From: Promethearchaeota archaeon
GTDB lineage: Archaea > Asgardarchaeota > Lokiarchaeia > Sigyniarchaeales > SOKP01
NCBI GenBank assembly: GCA_008080735.1
Contig: SHMW01000063.1
Coordinates: 1 to 26,895 of the forward strand
Length of the DNA: 26,895 nucleotides
Direction of reading: 5' to 3'
Made by a program: the position numbers and the translations under genes. The notes below the pieces were generated by a model, which did not search any database, was not told where the DNA came from, and saw nothing but the letters and a program-made list of their open reading frames with translations. Shown one piece after another: positions 18,879-26,895 of this stretch; positions within the stretch are counted from its first letter, which is position 1; every line of letters starts with the position of its first letter.

Positions 18879-19394
18879 TCAGAATTCCCTCCGTTTCATA
18901 TAGAATAAAAGGAGAACTACTCCGACTGCTACTCCTCCCGCTATTGATAAAATGCCTATTAATGCGATAAGATCTCCATAGGCAAATCTTAACGCTAATC
19001 TATATGGACATGCTCCTACTAATAGGGCAAAATTAATCACTGCAATTCCTCCAAGAAAGTACAAGATATAGTTCAGAATTGAACCCTTTTTTAAACGGAA
19101 CTCTTTTTTTCTTTTCGCAGCAATATAACCACCAATCAGAACTCCAACAATAGTCAAGACTGGAGTGATTGCTGAAAAAGGAGCTATTCCTAAAGTTGTC
19201 CCTATAAAAGCATTAGTAATTGCATTAGTTAGGTCTCGTGTGTGACATGCAACACAAAATCCATAGGCTTCGGGACCCCCTGCGCTAAACAGTAATGCTT
19301 GAACAAAAGCGGCTAGAATGCCGATAATAATGCCTAAAAACGCGGGGAATCTAATAATACGTAAAAGACTTTTTTTTTGAGGTGCTTTTTCCAT
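18879..19394 (-). CDS. YeeE/YedE-family membrane transporter, N-terminal half
   Basis: Hydrophobic; motifs GFCVACHTRD and GACPYRLALRFAYGDL; its stop lies 1 nt before the next ATG. Confidence 0.85.
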   Translation of the reverse strand: MEKAPQKKSLLRIIRFPAFLGIIIGILAAFVQALLFSAGGPEAYGFCVACHTRDLTNAITNAFIGTTLGIAPFSAITPVLTIVGVLIGGYIAAKRKKEFRLKKGSILNYILYFLGGIAVINFALLVGACPYRLALRFAYGDLIALIGILSIAGGVAVGVVLLLFYMKRREF

Positions 19395-19448
19395 TTTTTT
19401 ACTCTTTTTTTTTAATCATTTAAAATATAACACAGATAAGTTTAAATG

Positions 19449-19491
19449 GTTTATAAGTTTTTTCGATAGTGTTTATCGATTGATTTCGATA
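19449..19491 (-). promoter_or_regulatory. Putative BRE/TATA promoter of the yedE-selD cluster with adjacent TCGATA repeats
   Basis: Minus strand CGAAAAAA-CTTATAAA about 55-70 nt upstream of the ATG at 19394. Half-sites are TCGATA (19463-68), TATCGA (19474-79) and TCGATA (19486-91). Confidence 0.5.
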
Positions 19492-19600
19492 GATTAAAGT
19501 GCAGAGTGATTTTTCAATTAACTAATGTCAGATCAGAAATAGAACTCATAAAACTAATTTAAATGATAGGTTAAGCCAAACCAAGAGAGGTGTAAATATT

Positions 19601-22552
19601 TTATGAGAGAAGTATATCAATTTTTTTTGATAATCGTTTTTGGAGTTCGAATGGCCCTTTATAATGTATCATTAGCCCAATCTCATCATGAGTATTGCTC
19701 GCGAGATGAGATTTAATTTCTTTGTCGATACGTAAAAAATATCTAAATTTGAAATTTGTACCAGTTTTTAGTTCATCAATTTGAAAGTATTTCGGAAAAC
19801 CACTTTCTTTCAATATTTCCATATATTCTGGAATTCTTAAAGTGATTTGTAAATCTTTAAAATCATAATTGGAGGGATTATTCAATCGTAAACCGATTTC
19901 TATCTGGTTTCCCATCGTCTTAATTCGTTTAAACAAATTAAGCTCTTTAAAATCCGTAATTTCTGACTGGATTTTTGGGGAATAGAGAGAATTATTGACT
20001 ATCTTCGCGTCAAGTCGATTTTTACTAATAAATTTCAACACATATTCCTTAATTTGCTCTTTATTTAGTCCTAAATAGTTTGAGAGGAGATCAAATTCAA
20101 TAGGATTCATAATTTTAAGATAATGCTTTAATTGATGGAAATATAGTTTTTCTTTACTCTTTTCCATGAATTTTTTAGATTTATGTATCAATAATTCTTT
20201 GCTATTATTCCATTTTTCCATAAAAGGTTGAATATAGAGCTCAAAACCATTCTTCTCCCTTTTAAAGATCTCCTCTTTTTCAATGATATTTTCAACTTGA
20301 TTTTCTGTATCCTCGATAAATGATTTGATCTGAGAGTTATTCATATCAATCAACTTTTTAGCTTCTTCAAATCCTCCTTTATTAATTAACAAATCGAGTT
20401 TTGACTCTAATTTATTAAAATTTTGATTAAATTTCTTGATTCCTTCAATTCCGTATGATATGATTGAATGAATATGTCCTTGAACGATTTGGTATGTTAA
20501 TTCCTCACTTAATCCATCTAGCTCGCTTATATTAGAAATTTCAGCAGGTATTTCAACAGAAGATAAATCGTCTATGATTTTTTGTTTCATATCTTTTATT
20601 TTACGGTCCAGATTATTTAGAAATATCTGAATTTCAATCTTTACCGCAACCCATCTGCTCAACAAATCTTTAAAGATGTCGTCAAATTCAACATTGTTAA
20701 TAAGCATTTCCCGAATATCCACATCTAATTTAAAAAGATTTCTTCTTAATAAGGAAATGTAATTGAATTTTTCGTGAATCGTCGGTTCGGAATACCACAC
20801 GATCTCTTCATTCTCGATGCTTGTATTTTCTAAGGACTTATTTTTAATGTAATCAAATTGTGCTTTAAGTATATCAATTCGGTCAATTAATATATTGATT
20901 TTAGCTTGTAAATCTGATTTATATTCTTGTTTCTTTTCTTCACATATATCCGTGATGAAGCCTTTAATAATACTTAATTCATCGATGATTTGGATTTTAG
21001 TCTCTTCCCATTCCTCTAAAAGATCATATGCCAGTCTTTTATATTCGAAACGATTAATCTCATTATGAAATTCCTGGATATCCTTTATAATCCTGTCATA
21101 CATTTGATTTAGTTGGATTTCAGTGGTATTAAACTTAAAATTTTTTATATAACTATTTAATTTCTTTCGAAAATCCACAGGGACCTTTTGAAATTCAATA
21201 ATTCGCTCTTGAAATGTAGAAAGCTTATCATTTATTTTCTTGATATATTCATCAATATGAGGATATTGGTCATTGATTTTATCCAAAGTATAGATTATTT
21301 CTTTTCTTACATCTAAATCATTTTCATCCTCTAATTTGTTACTCAATTCAATGGTTATCCACAAAGCAATTTTTCGGCTTTCTAAGATAAGGCATATATT
21401 TTGGAGAAGTTGTATGGTTTTTCTCCGCTCCCTCCAATATTTTGATTCCAATTTGTAGATTATTCGGCTAATTTCATTTTCAATCTCAATTTGATACTCA
21501 TCAAATAAGCGGCGGAATACTAAGGCAATTATTTTTCTAACATTTTCCGAGGGATTTTCCAATTCTTCAAAAAGATTAGGAAAAATGTAATCAATATTAT
21601 TCTGCGCTACTTGATAAAGAGCATTTCCTAAAGCATTTTTGAAGGAATTGTCGCTTGATTCGGTGATTGAATTGATTAAGTTGGCCCATGTCTGATCAAA
21701 ATTGTTTTCTGCGATATTAATAAGGGCATCAATTATTTTAACTTGAATACGGAAACTCTTATTTCTTAAAAAATTGATGATTTTTGGGATGAACGGTATT
21801 ATTTCCGAAGATTTTTCTTTCCCAATTTCTCCAAACAACCAAAACACAAGTTCTTGAACACGAGGTTTTTCGTTATATAACAGATTAAGTAAAATGTAGA
21901 AGATCTTTTCTTTTGAAAGGAAATAATTACCTAATATTCTTAATAATTCTGCTGATGCTCTTGCGACATCATCATCTTTATCTCGCAGATTAATTATAAC
22001 CATTGAAAGTAAAGGTTCGATTTCTTTAATTCGTGTATAATCTTGGTTGATGATATCTTGCGTAGTATTTATAACAGATAATTTCACCTTCCAATCATTA
22101 TCCATTAATTTCTCGGTATACTCATTTATGATTGATTGTAAGATTTCCCAATCTATGTGTAATGAAAGAATAAGAGTACCAATGATTTTAACAGCAAGTC
22201 GTCGAACAGGAGGATCATTATCGTATAATCGTGACCTAATATCATTTAATGGCTCTATTAACAGATTTGGTCGATATTTGGCGATTTGATACAAAATTTC
22301 AAGCGATATCAACCGGATCCAAGAATCTTGATCATTTATTAGACTGGATGTGTGTTTTACTGCTTGAAGAGAAATTCTGGGAGATTTGTCGCAAATTAGA
22401 TTTAAAAGATTGAGGCAATTAAGAAGGATTTCCTTATCATCAGTGGATGAATAAATCTCTACGGCTTCAAAAATCTCATCTGCCGCTTTATTATATTTTC
22501 CTTGTATAATAAAAGTTTCTATGTCTTTTAAATCCAAATTTACAATCCGCAC
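19601..22552 (-). CDS. Large HEAT-repeat protein with coiled-coil region, PCI-like winged helix and C-terminal Ig-like domain
   Basis: HEAT units (LINDQDSWIRL, LYDNDPPVRRL, LMDNDWKVK, LRDKDDDVAR, LENPSENVRK). PCI-like IEFDLLSNYLGL.KEQIKEYVLKFI....LDAKIVNNSLY. Beta-rich tail (IEIGLRLNNPS..DFKDLQITLRIP). GTG start. Confidence 0.75.
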   Translation of the reverse strand: MRIVNLDLKDIETFIIQGKYNKAADEIFEAVEIYSSTDDKEILLNCLNLLNLICDKSPRISLQAVKHTSSLINDQDSWIRLISLEILYQIAKYRPNLLIEPLNDIRSRLYDNDPPVRRLAVKIIGTLILSLHIDWEILQSIINEYTEKLMDNDWKVKLSVINTTQDIINQDYTRIKEIEPLLSMVIINLRDKDDDVARASAELLRILGNYFLSKEKIFYILLNLLYNEKPRVQELVFWLFGEIGKEKSSEIIPFIPKIINFLRNKSFRIQVKIIDALINIAENNFDQTWANLINSITESSDNSFKNALGNALYQVAQNNIDYIFPNLFEELENPSENVRKIIALVFRRLFDEYQIEIENEISRIIYKLESKYWRERRKTIQLLQNICLILESRKIALWITIELSNKLEDENDLDVRKEIIYTLDKINDQYPHIDEYIKKINDKLSTFQERIIEFQKVPVDFRKKLNSYIKNFKFNTTEIQLNQMYDRIIKDIQEFHNEINRFEYKRLAYDLLEEWEETKIQIIDELSIIKGFITDICEEKKQEYKSDLQAKINILIDRIDILKAQFDYIKNKSLENTSIENEEIVWYSEPTIHEKFNYISLLRRNLFKLDVDIREMLINNVEFDDIFKDLLSRWVAVKIEIQIFLNNLDRKIKDMKQKIIDDLSSVEIPAEISNISELDGLSEELTYQIVQGHIHSIISYGIEGIKKFNQNFNKLESKLDLLINKGGFEEAKKLIDMNNSQIKSFIEDTENQVENIIEKEEIFKREKNGFELYIQPFMEKWNNSKELLIHKSKKFMEKSKEKLYFHQLKHYLKIMNPIEFDLLSNYLGLNKEQIKEYVLKFISKNRLDAKIVNNSLYSPKIQSEITDFKELNLFKRIKTMGNQIEIGLRLNNPSNYDFKDLQITLRIPEYMEILKESGFPKYFQIDELKTGTNFKFRYFLRIDKEIKSHLASNTHDEIGLMIHYKGPFELQKRLSKKIDILLS

Positions 22553-22708
22553 GATTTGAGAGTGTTACTTCTAGAGATTTACTTTGTCTTAATAATATAA
22601 AAATCTTCTAATAATTGTTTCTACCAAAAAATGAAAATCTCTCTATAGTTGTCTTATAAGGTTAAATAAAAAAGAAAAATAATATAATCTGATAAAATTT
22701 GATATAAT

Positions 22709-23257
22709 TTATTTATTGAGTTCGAAAATTGCTGAACCTTCTGTCGCCACTCGTTCTCGATAAGTTAATACTCCTCCATCCACATCCTTCGTAGAGACAA
22801 GTCCTTTTTCACGATCCTTTTCTGTGACATATCCTCGTTCACCTGCTTCGAATTGTTCAATCAGATTACCCTCACTGTCACGTATCTCAACTGGAGTGAT
22901 AGTCCTTTGGACCACATCCAAAAATACACGATTTCCCTCTATTTTTTTCACGATCGCTTCGGTGACCAAATTATCTCCACAGCGTACCATACCTCGCATA
23001 TCTACATCAACCTCAATCAGGTTACCTTCTCGCTCTCCGTTTAGAAAATCTTCAAACAATTTTGTTATGAATCCAAAACTAAACAGTCCGTGAGCTATTA
23101 CCCCTTTTAAGCCCTGCTTTTTTGCAATATCATCACGGGTATGGATGGGATTTGTATCTCCGCTTGCGTCAGCATATTTTATGAGTAATTCCCGCGTAAT
23201 TTGATCAAATTCATCCTTAATAACTTGTCCAACCTCTATATCCGAAATTTTCGCCAT
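22709..23257 (-). CDS. MaoC-family (R)-hydratase/dehydratase, catalytic subunit (HadB-like)
   Basis: Hydratase-2 motif YADASGDTNPIH...GVIAHG. Confidence 0.88.
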   Translation of the reverse strand: MAKISDIEVGQVIKDEFDQITRELLIKYADASGDTNPIHTRDDIAKKQGLKGVIAHGLFSFGFITKLFEDFLNGEREGNLIEVDVDMRGMVRCGDNLVTEAIVKKIEGNRVFLDVVQRTITPVEIRDSEGNLIEQFEAGERGYVTEKDREKGLVSTKDVDGGVLTYRERVATEGSAIFELNK

Positions 23258-23258
23258 T

Positions 23259-23759
23259 TTAATACCCTCCTGGTCTGACAGCCGCTCTCACCGTTGGCTT
23301 ACAGACTAATTCATCATTTTCATTCTTAACATCAACCAATAATTCAGCAAAAAGAATCATATTTTTTTCTACTAACCAGACTTTACCCCATTTGGCGGTT
23401 ACGGTCAATTTATCTCCGTCTTTAACATCTAAACAATCTTCCCAATTATATTTCTGACCCGCGTGAAGAAGCTTTCCCGGGTCCAATACAAATGTTCGTA
23501 CTTTCCCATTCTGTTCGAGTTTCATCCCTAAAAGTAATTTATACAATGCTTTAATTGTAAAATGATTAGCAAACGCTTTGCATGCGACAATCCCCTCTTC
23601 TTCGGGACCAACGTATTTAGAGTCTTCAAATCCAAATACTTCGGCAAATTTCACGAGATCATTGTATCGACATCTGACTCGTACTTTCCCGGGTACCTTT
23701 TTTCCAGGAAGCTCTTTTATTAAAAATTCTGCATTTTCTTTCATTTGTTCTTCGTCCAT
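23259..23759 (-). CDS. MaoC-like hotdog-fold partner subunit (HadA-like)
   Basis: LVKFAEVFG...LLHAGQKYNW...VKDGDKLTV...NENDELV pattern; lacks the DxxxxH catalytic motif; ends 1 nt before the MaoC gene. Confidence 0.72.
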   Translation of the reverse strand: MDEEQMKENAEFLIKELPGKKVPGKVRVRCRYNDLVKFAEVFGFEDSKYVGPEEEGIVACKAFANHFTIKALYKLLLGMKLEQNGKVRTFVLDPGKLLHAGQKYNWEDCLDVKDGDKLTVTAKWGKVWLVEKNMILFAELLVDVKNENDELVCKPTVRAAVRPGGY

Positions 23760-23954
23760 AGACCTCTCGACACCTTTAACATTAAATTTTTGTTGTTTAT
23801 ATATAACTATTTTCGCGTTTGGTGTTTTTTAATGTTATCATTTTTTACTTTGGTGAATAATAAGCTTTAAAATAAAAATCTAGCCTTGAAAGTACTTAAT
23901 TTGATGCTAAAATGAAAAATTGACATAAGGAATTTAGAATTGAAGACTAAATGA

Positions 23955-24704
23955 CTAATCTGTAATTCTTGTATATCTTTTTTCTTTTTCAGAAGAGGAA
24001 GGATGAAAATACTCAAGTATTCTCTCATAGGGGGGTGTCCCATTTAGTAAAATACAGATCAGATGATATTTCTTTATTAGTTCTAAGGTAAATGGATCGA
24101 TAGGTTTAGATATTTCCTTTAATGGTTGATATTTTTGTAGGTTAGCTAAAAGATTACCTTCTTTCATTGCTTTGTAATCTTTTATGGAAAGGTTTTTGAT
24201 AAGCTGATAATTTTTATCCAATATTCCGTCAACATCCTTAACCAAAACACAATGGCTCAATTTCAGCGCATTGGTCATAAATAATGCTATGGAATCAGAG
24301 GTAACGTTCCAACTATGAGGTAAATCATCTTTCTCTCTAAGAAAATTATAGGGTTGAAAAAGAAGGAGTTTTCCAGAACTTTCTTTATTCTCCAATTCAT
24401 TTTTAAGCAGTTCAAACTTAGAGATTAATCGAATTTCTGGAAATTGGTAATGAATTTTCTTAGCATTTATATCCATAGCTATTATTGATGCCCAATGTGA
24501 TATATCATCTCCTAGAGAGATTTCTTGGTCAAGTATTCGTATAAAATTGGCGTATTCTCCTCCTCCACAGATAATTATGACTTTACGGAATAATGCTTGA
24601 ACATTAACCAACTTTCTTAGTTGAGAGATACTTGAAATCAGATTATTTTGATTACCTATAATGTTTCCTCCTAATTTGACTAAAATAAAATCTTCAAACT
24701 TCAT
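23955..24704 (-). CDS. mfnE: Amino-acid-kinase family protein; probable [5-(aminomethyl)furan-3-yl]methyl phosphate kinase
   Basis: VKLGG, GGGEYANFIR, SHWASIIAMD, LPHSWNVTSDSIA and KDVDGI motifs; overlaps the mfnF-like gene. Confidence 0.78.
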   Translation of the reverse strand: MKFEDFILVKLGGNIIGNQNNLISSISQLRKLVNVQALFRKVIIICGGGEYANFIRILDQEISLGDDISHWASIIAMDINAKKIHYQFPEIRLISKFELLKNELENKESSGKLLLFQPYNFLREKDDLPHSWNVTSDSIALFMTNALKLSHCVLVKDVDGILDKNYQLIKNLSIKDYKAMKEGNLLANLQKYQPLKEISKPIDPFTLELIKKYHLICILLNGTPPYERILEYFHPSSSEKEKRYTRITD

Positions 24705-25788
24705 TTTTTTTCAGAATATGTCGATAGTAGAATGCCCCCGCAACCGCAAAAGCTGAGGAGCTGATAGTATCAGGAATATTTGTGATATGTTCAAGATCTT
24801 TTATTTTTTTACACCCTAATTCTTCTAATACGGGTCTAATCAGAAATTCAGAGGATAATCCCGTAAGAACGAAGAAATTTCGTACAATATTTTTTCCAGG
24901 ATCGTCTACATCAATATTCTCGAAAAATTCTAAAATCTCTTCCTTGATAATATCCCTTTGTTTTTGATAGATATAGCTCGCTATTTTGTCTAATTCTTTG
25001 TTAGAGATCATGGTTAGATCAGCACAGATGATTCTGGCCAGCCGTGCGTAGCAATCTTTAAGTGATTTCGAACGGTTATCTGCCGTATCATTTATATATT
25101 GTTCCTTTGTAATATTATTAAGGATTCGATGCACATCAGAAACAAGAGCAAATTTTTCGAAAGATACACGAAGTGTATATCCTTGATATGGAATATAATG
25201 CGTGATGGATGGAATGGTGGCTCTTAGGCCCCCAGTATAGATTAATTCATGATGCATAAGCCGTTCGATATCCGTTTTACCTTTAGATGTGGGAAGAGAG
25301 TCGGATATGGGAATAATATCGATAGTTGTCGAGCCAGCATCAATTAAAACACAATTTGGTTCAAATAAACCAAGATATAATGCGGTGGAAACCCAATTTG
25401 CAGCAGCTAGTAATTTGGGTGATTTTTCTGCAATTTTATAGGGGACGTATTTATTATGTATAGTTATGAATGAAAGGGTTTCCTTTTCAAAATTTTCAGA
25501 GAGCGCATTTAAAATAGTTATGATTCCTTCTTCTTTTGTTTGAAAGGCGTCCGATAATTCAGCGGTCATTGTAACCGCAACATAGTTGATATCTTCTATT
25601 TTAAATCCATTGGCATTTATAAGATTAGAGATTATTCTTTGAAATAGAGTAGTAATATGTTCTTTAGTTTTCTCCCAGAATGGAAAATATTCAATATAGG
25701 GATAAGAGGCAGTTATCTGACGGTTAGAAAACTTGAGTAATGCAGCTTTTGTATTCGCACCTCCGATATCTAATCCTAAAATAAGCAT
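24694..25788 (-). CDS. mfnF: Hydantoinase A-like protein; probable methanofuran biosynthesis coupling enzyme
   Basis: GLDIGGANTK, VTMTAELSDAF, AAANW, DAGSTTIDIIP, ELIYTG and RLARIICAD motifs. The start was moved to ATG 25788 (MLILGLD), which avoids overlap with the NOG1 gene. Confidence 0.82.
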   Translation of the reverse strand: MLILGLDIGGANTKAALLKFSNRQITASYPYIEYFPFWEKTKEHITTLFQRIISNLINANGFKIEDINYVAVTMTAELSDAFQTKEEGIITILNALSENFEKETLSFITIHNKYVPYKIAEKSPKLLAAANWVSTALYLGLFEPNCVLIDAGSTTIDIIPISDSLPTSKGKTDIERLMHHELIYTGGLRATIPSITHYIPYQGYTLRVSFEKFALVSDVHRILNNITKEQYINDTADNRSKSLKDCYARLARIICADLTMISNKELDKIASYIYQKQRDIIKEEILEFFENIDVDDPGKNIVRNFFVLTGLSSEFLIRPVLEELGCKKIKDLEHITNIPDTISSSAFAVAGAFYYRHILKKNEV

Positions 25789-25801
25789 GTTAATCTTTAT
25801 C

Positions 25802-26851
25802 TTATAATTCTTTATAGTCTTCAGCAAATTGTTTTTTTAATTGGGCATATATCTCATCAAGATTATCTCCGTTCAAAGCATTTGTAAGGATATAATTATC
25901 ACTTCCAATTCCAAGACGCTCTTGAAGATGAGATATTTCAGATTCGCTAGCTAAATCTTTTTTATTAAAGACGATAATAATATCTATATTTTCTCTTTGT
26001 ATAAATTTTTCTTGTACCTCATTAAAGAGGTTAATTTGAGAATCCAAATTATATCCACATGCGGGGGTTGGATCAAAAACAAATATTATTAAATCTGAAA
26101 TTAATCGTAAAGCCAAGATCGCTTGTTTTTCGATATTATTTCTATCAGAGATCGGACGATCTAAAATCCCGGGACTGTCCATTATCTGTATTTGTATAGT
26201 ATCAAATCGGCGTTTAATGTTAATATGACCGAGGATGAGCTTCTTCGTGGTAAAGGGATATTCTTGAACTTCAATATTTTTTTTCGTGGAAATTTGCTTA
26301 ACGATACTACTTTTTCCTACGTTTGGAGCACCAGCGCATACGACACAGGGTTTAGAATAATCGATAGAAGGGATCCCTCTTAATCTTCCTCGTATAGAGT
26401 TTAAGTATTCTAAATTTTCTGATTGCTTTCTAATTATTGATGATACACGCCCAAAAACCTCCCTTCTTAATCTATCCCCTTCCTTCGGTTCTTCAATCCT
26501 CCTCAATCTTCCTATATAGTCTCGTTCAAGTTTACTTAACACTGGCAAAATCCCATTCAATTTGCCAAGCGTCAATCGTAATTTATCGGTATCAATTATA
26601 AGCGAAGCGAGTTCCCTATAAAATTCGGGTAGATCCTCAATAATAGGAACCATTTTTATAATTTTCAAAATCCTATCAATAAGTTCTTCAATTGCTACCT
26701 TTATTCTTTTGGATTCCTTTTTTTTTGCTTTAATGATAATAGGTGCATTAGACGATACACTTGCCGAACTTTTCATAGCTCTCCTAAATGCAATATCTAA
26801 TAACTCTTGTGCATCCAGAACTCTATAGAAATTAAGAAAGGGATTTCTCAT
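25802..26851 (-). CDS. NOG1-family (Obg-like) ribosome biogenesis GTPase
   Basis: Helical N-domain (ELLDIAFRRA...LPEFYREL), GAPNVGKSS, YPFTTK, DSPGILDRP...RN.IEKQA, NKKD. Confidence 0.92.
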   Translation of the reverse strand: MRNPFLNFYRVLDAQELLDIAFRRAMKSSASVSSNAPIIIKAKKKESKRIKVAIEELIDRILKIIKMVPIIEDLPEFYRELASLIIDTDKLRLTLGKLNGILPVLSKLERDYIGRLRRIEEPKEGDRLRREVFGRVSSIIRKQSENLEYLNSIRGRLRGIPSIDYSKPCVVCAGAPNVGKSSIVKQISTKKNIEVQEYPFTTKKLILGHINIKRRFDTIQIQIMDSPGILDRPISDRNNIEKQAILALRLISDLIIFVFDPTPACGYNLDSQINLFNEVQEKFIQRENIDIIIVFNKKDLASESEISHLQERLGIGSDNYILTNALNGDNLDEIYAQLKKQFAEDYKEL

Positions 26852-26895
26852 ACTCTTATGAAAATAATTTAAATATCAAAATGAACCAAAAAATT

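Noticed and set aside
18877-18881. UGA ending the first yedE half as a possible Sec read-through fusing both halves
   Set aside because: The second gene is offset by 1 nt (out of frame), and the UGA is not at a conserved Cys position.
16176-19394. CxxCH motifs (CLECH in the 114-aa protein, CVACH in YedE) as c-type heme sites
   Set aside because: The small protein has no export signal. The YedE CxxC matches the family's conserved transport cysteines. No cytochrome c maturation genes are in the window.
25789-25827. N-terminal 13-aa extension of mfnF from the ORF track
   Set aside because: It overlaps the NOG1 3' end, and the family motif (ILGLDIGGAN) begins right after ATG 25788.
655-26383. 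Short overlapping or antisense ORFs (655-855, 1845-2072, 2106-2291, 3983-4204, 8433-8663, 9023-9271, 9096-9278, 12899-13231, 15129-15314, 17215-17439, 17461-17676, 18414-18629, 22047-22289, 22824-23093, 22853-23044, 23578-23832, 24782-24967, 26192-26383)
   Set aside because: All lie mostly or wholly within well-supported longer genes and show no recognisable motifs; they are treated as shadow ORFs.

Overview
AT-rich, gene-dense archaeal window that looks like Asgard archaea (Lokiarchaeia-like). That assignment is inferred from a Rab-like GTPase, TPR proteins with longin-like tails, an MIT-like protein, a surface protein with an IPGY-TM-basic C-terminal sorting signal, and mfnE/mfnF. The ORF track misses the main feature. 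The selenophosphate synthetase (selD) really starts at ATG 16092 and reads through an in-frame TGA (16039-16041) in the motif HG-U-SCK, so it is a selenoprotein. A eukaryote-type SECIS (AUGA...AAA...GA) lies directly after its stop codon. selD is the last gene of a co-oriented cluster: a split selenium-type YedE transporter (two genes), a TusA/SirA carrier with CPYC, a single-chain DsrH-DsrE-DsrF-like fusion, a degenerate TusA-like protein, and an unknown CxxC protein. A three-half-site TCGATA element at the predicted promoter precedes the cluster. Together this is a candidate selenium uptake-and-relay system feeding SelD. Other content: a TPR-longin pair / Rab-like GTPase / PIG-L cluster, a six-repeat surface protein with a divergent tandem-wHTH-TPR regulator, a Thr-type sulfatase-family enzyme, a HEAT-PCI-Ig-like protein, a MaoC dehydratase pair, methanofuran biosynthesis genes and NOG1. 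All calls come from motif reading by eye; no searches were run.
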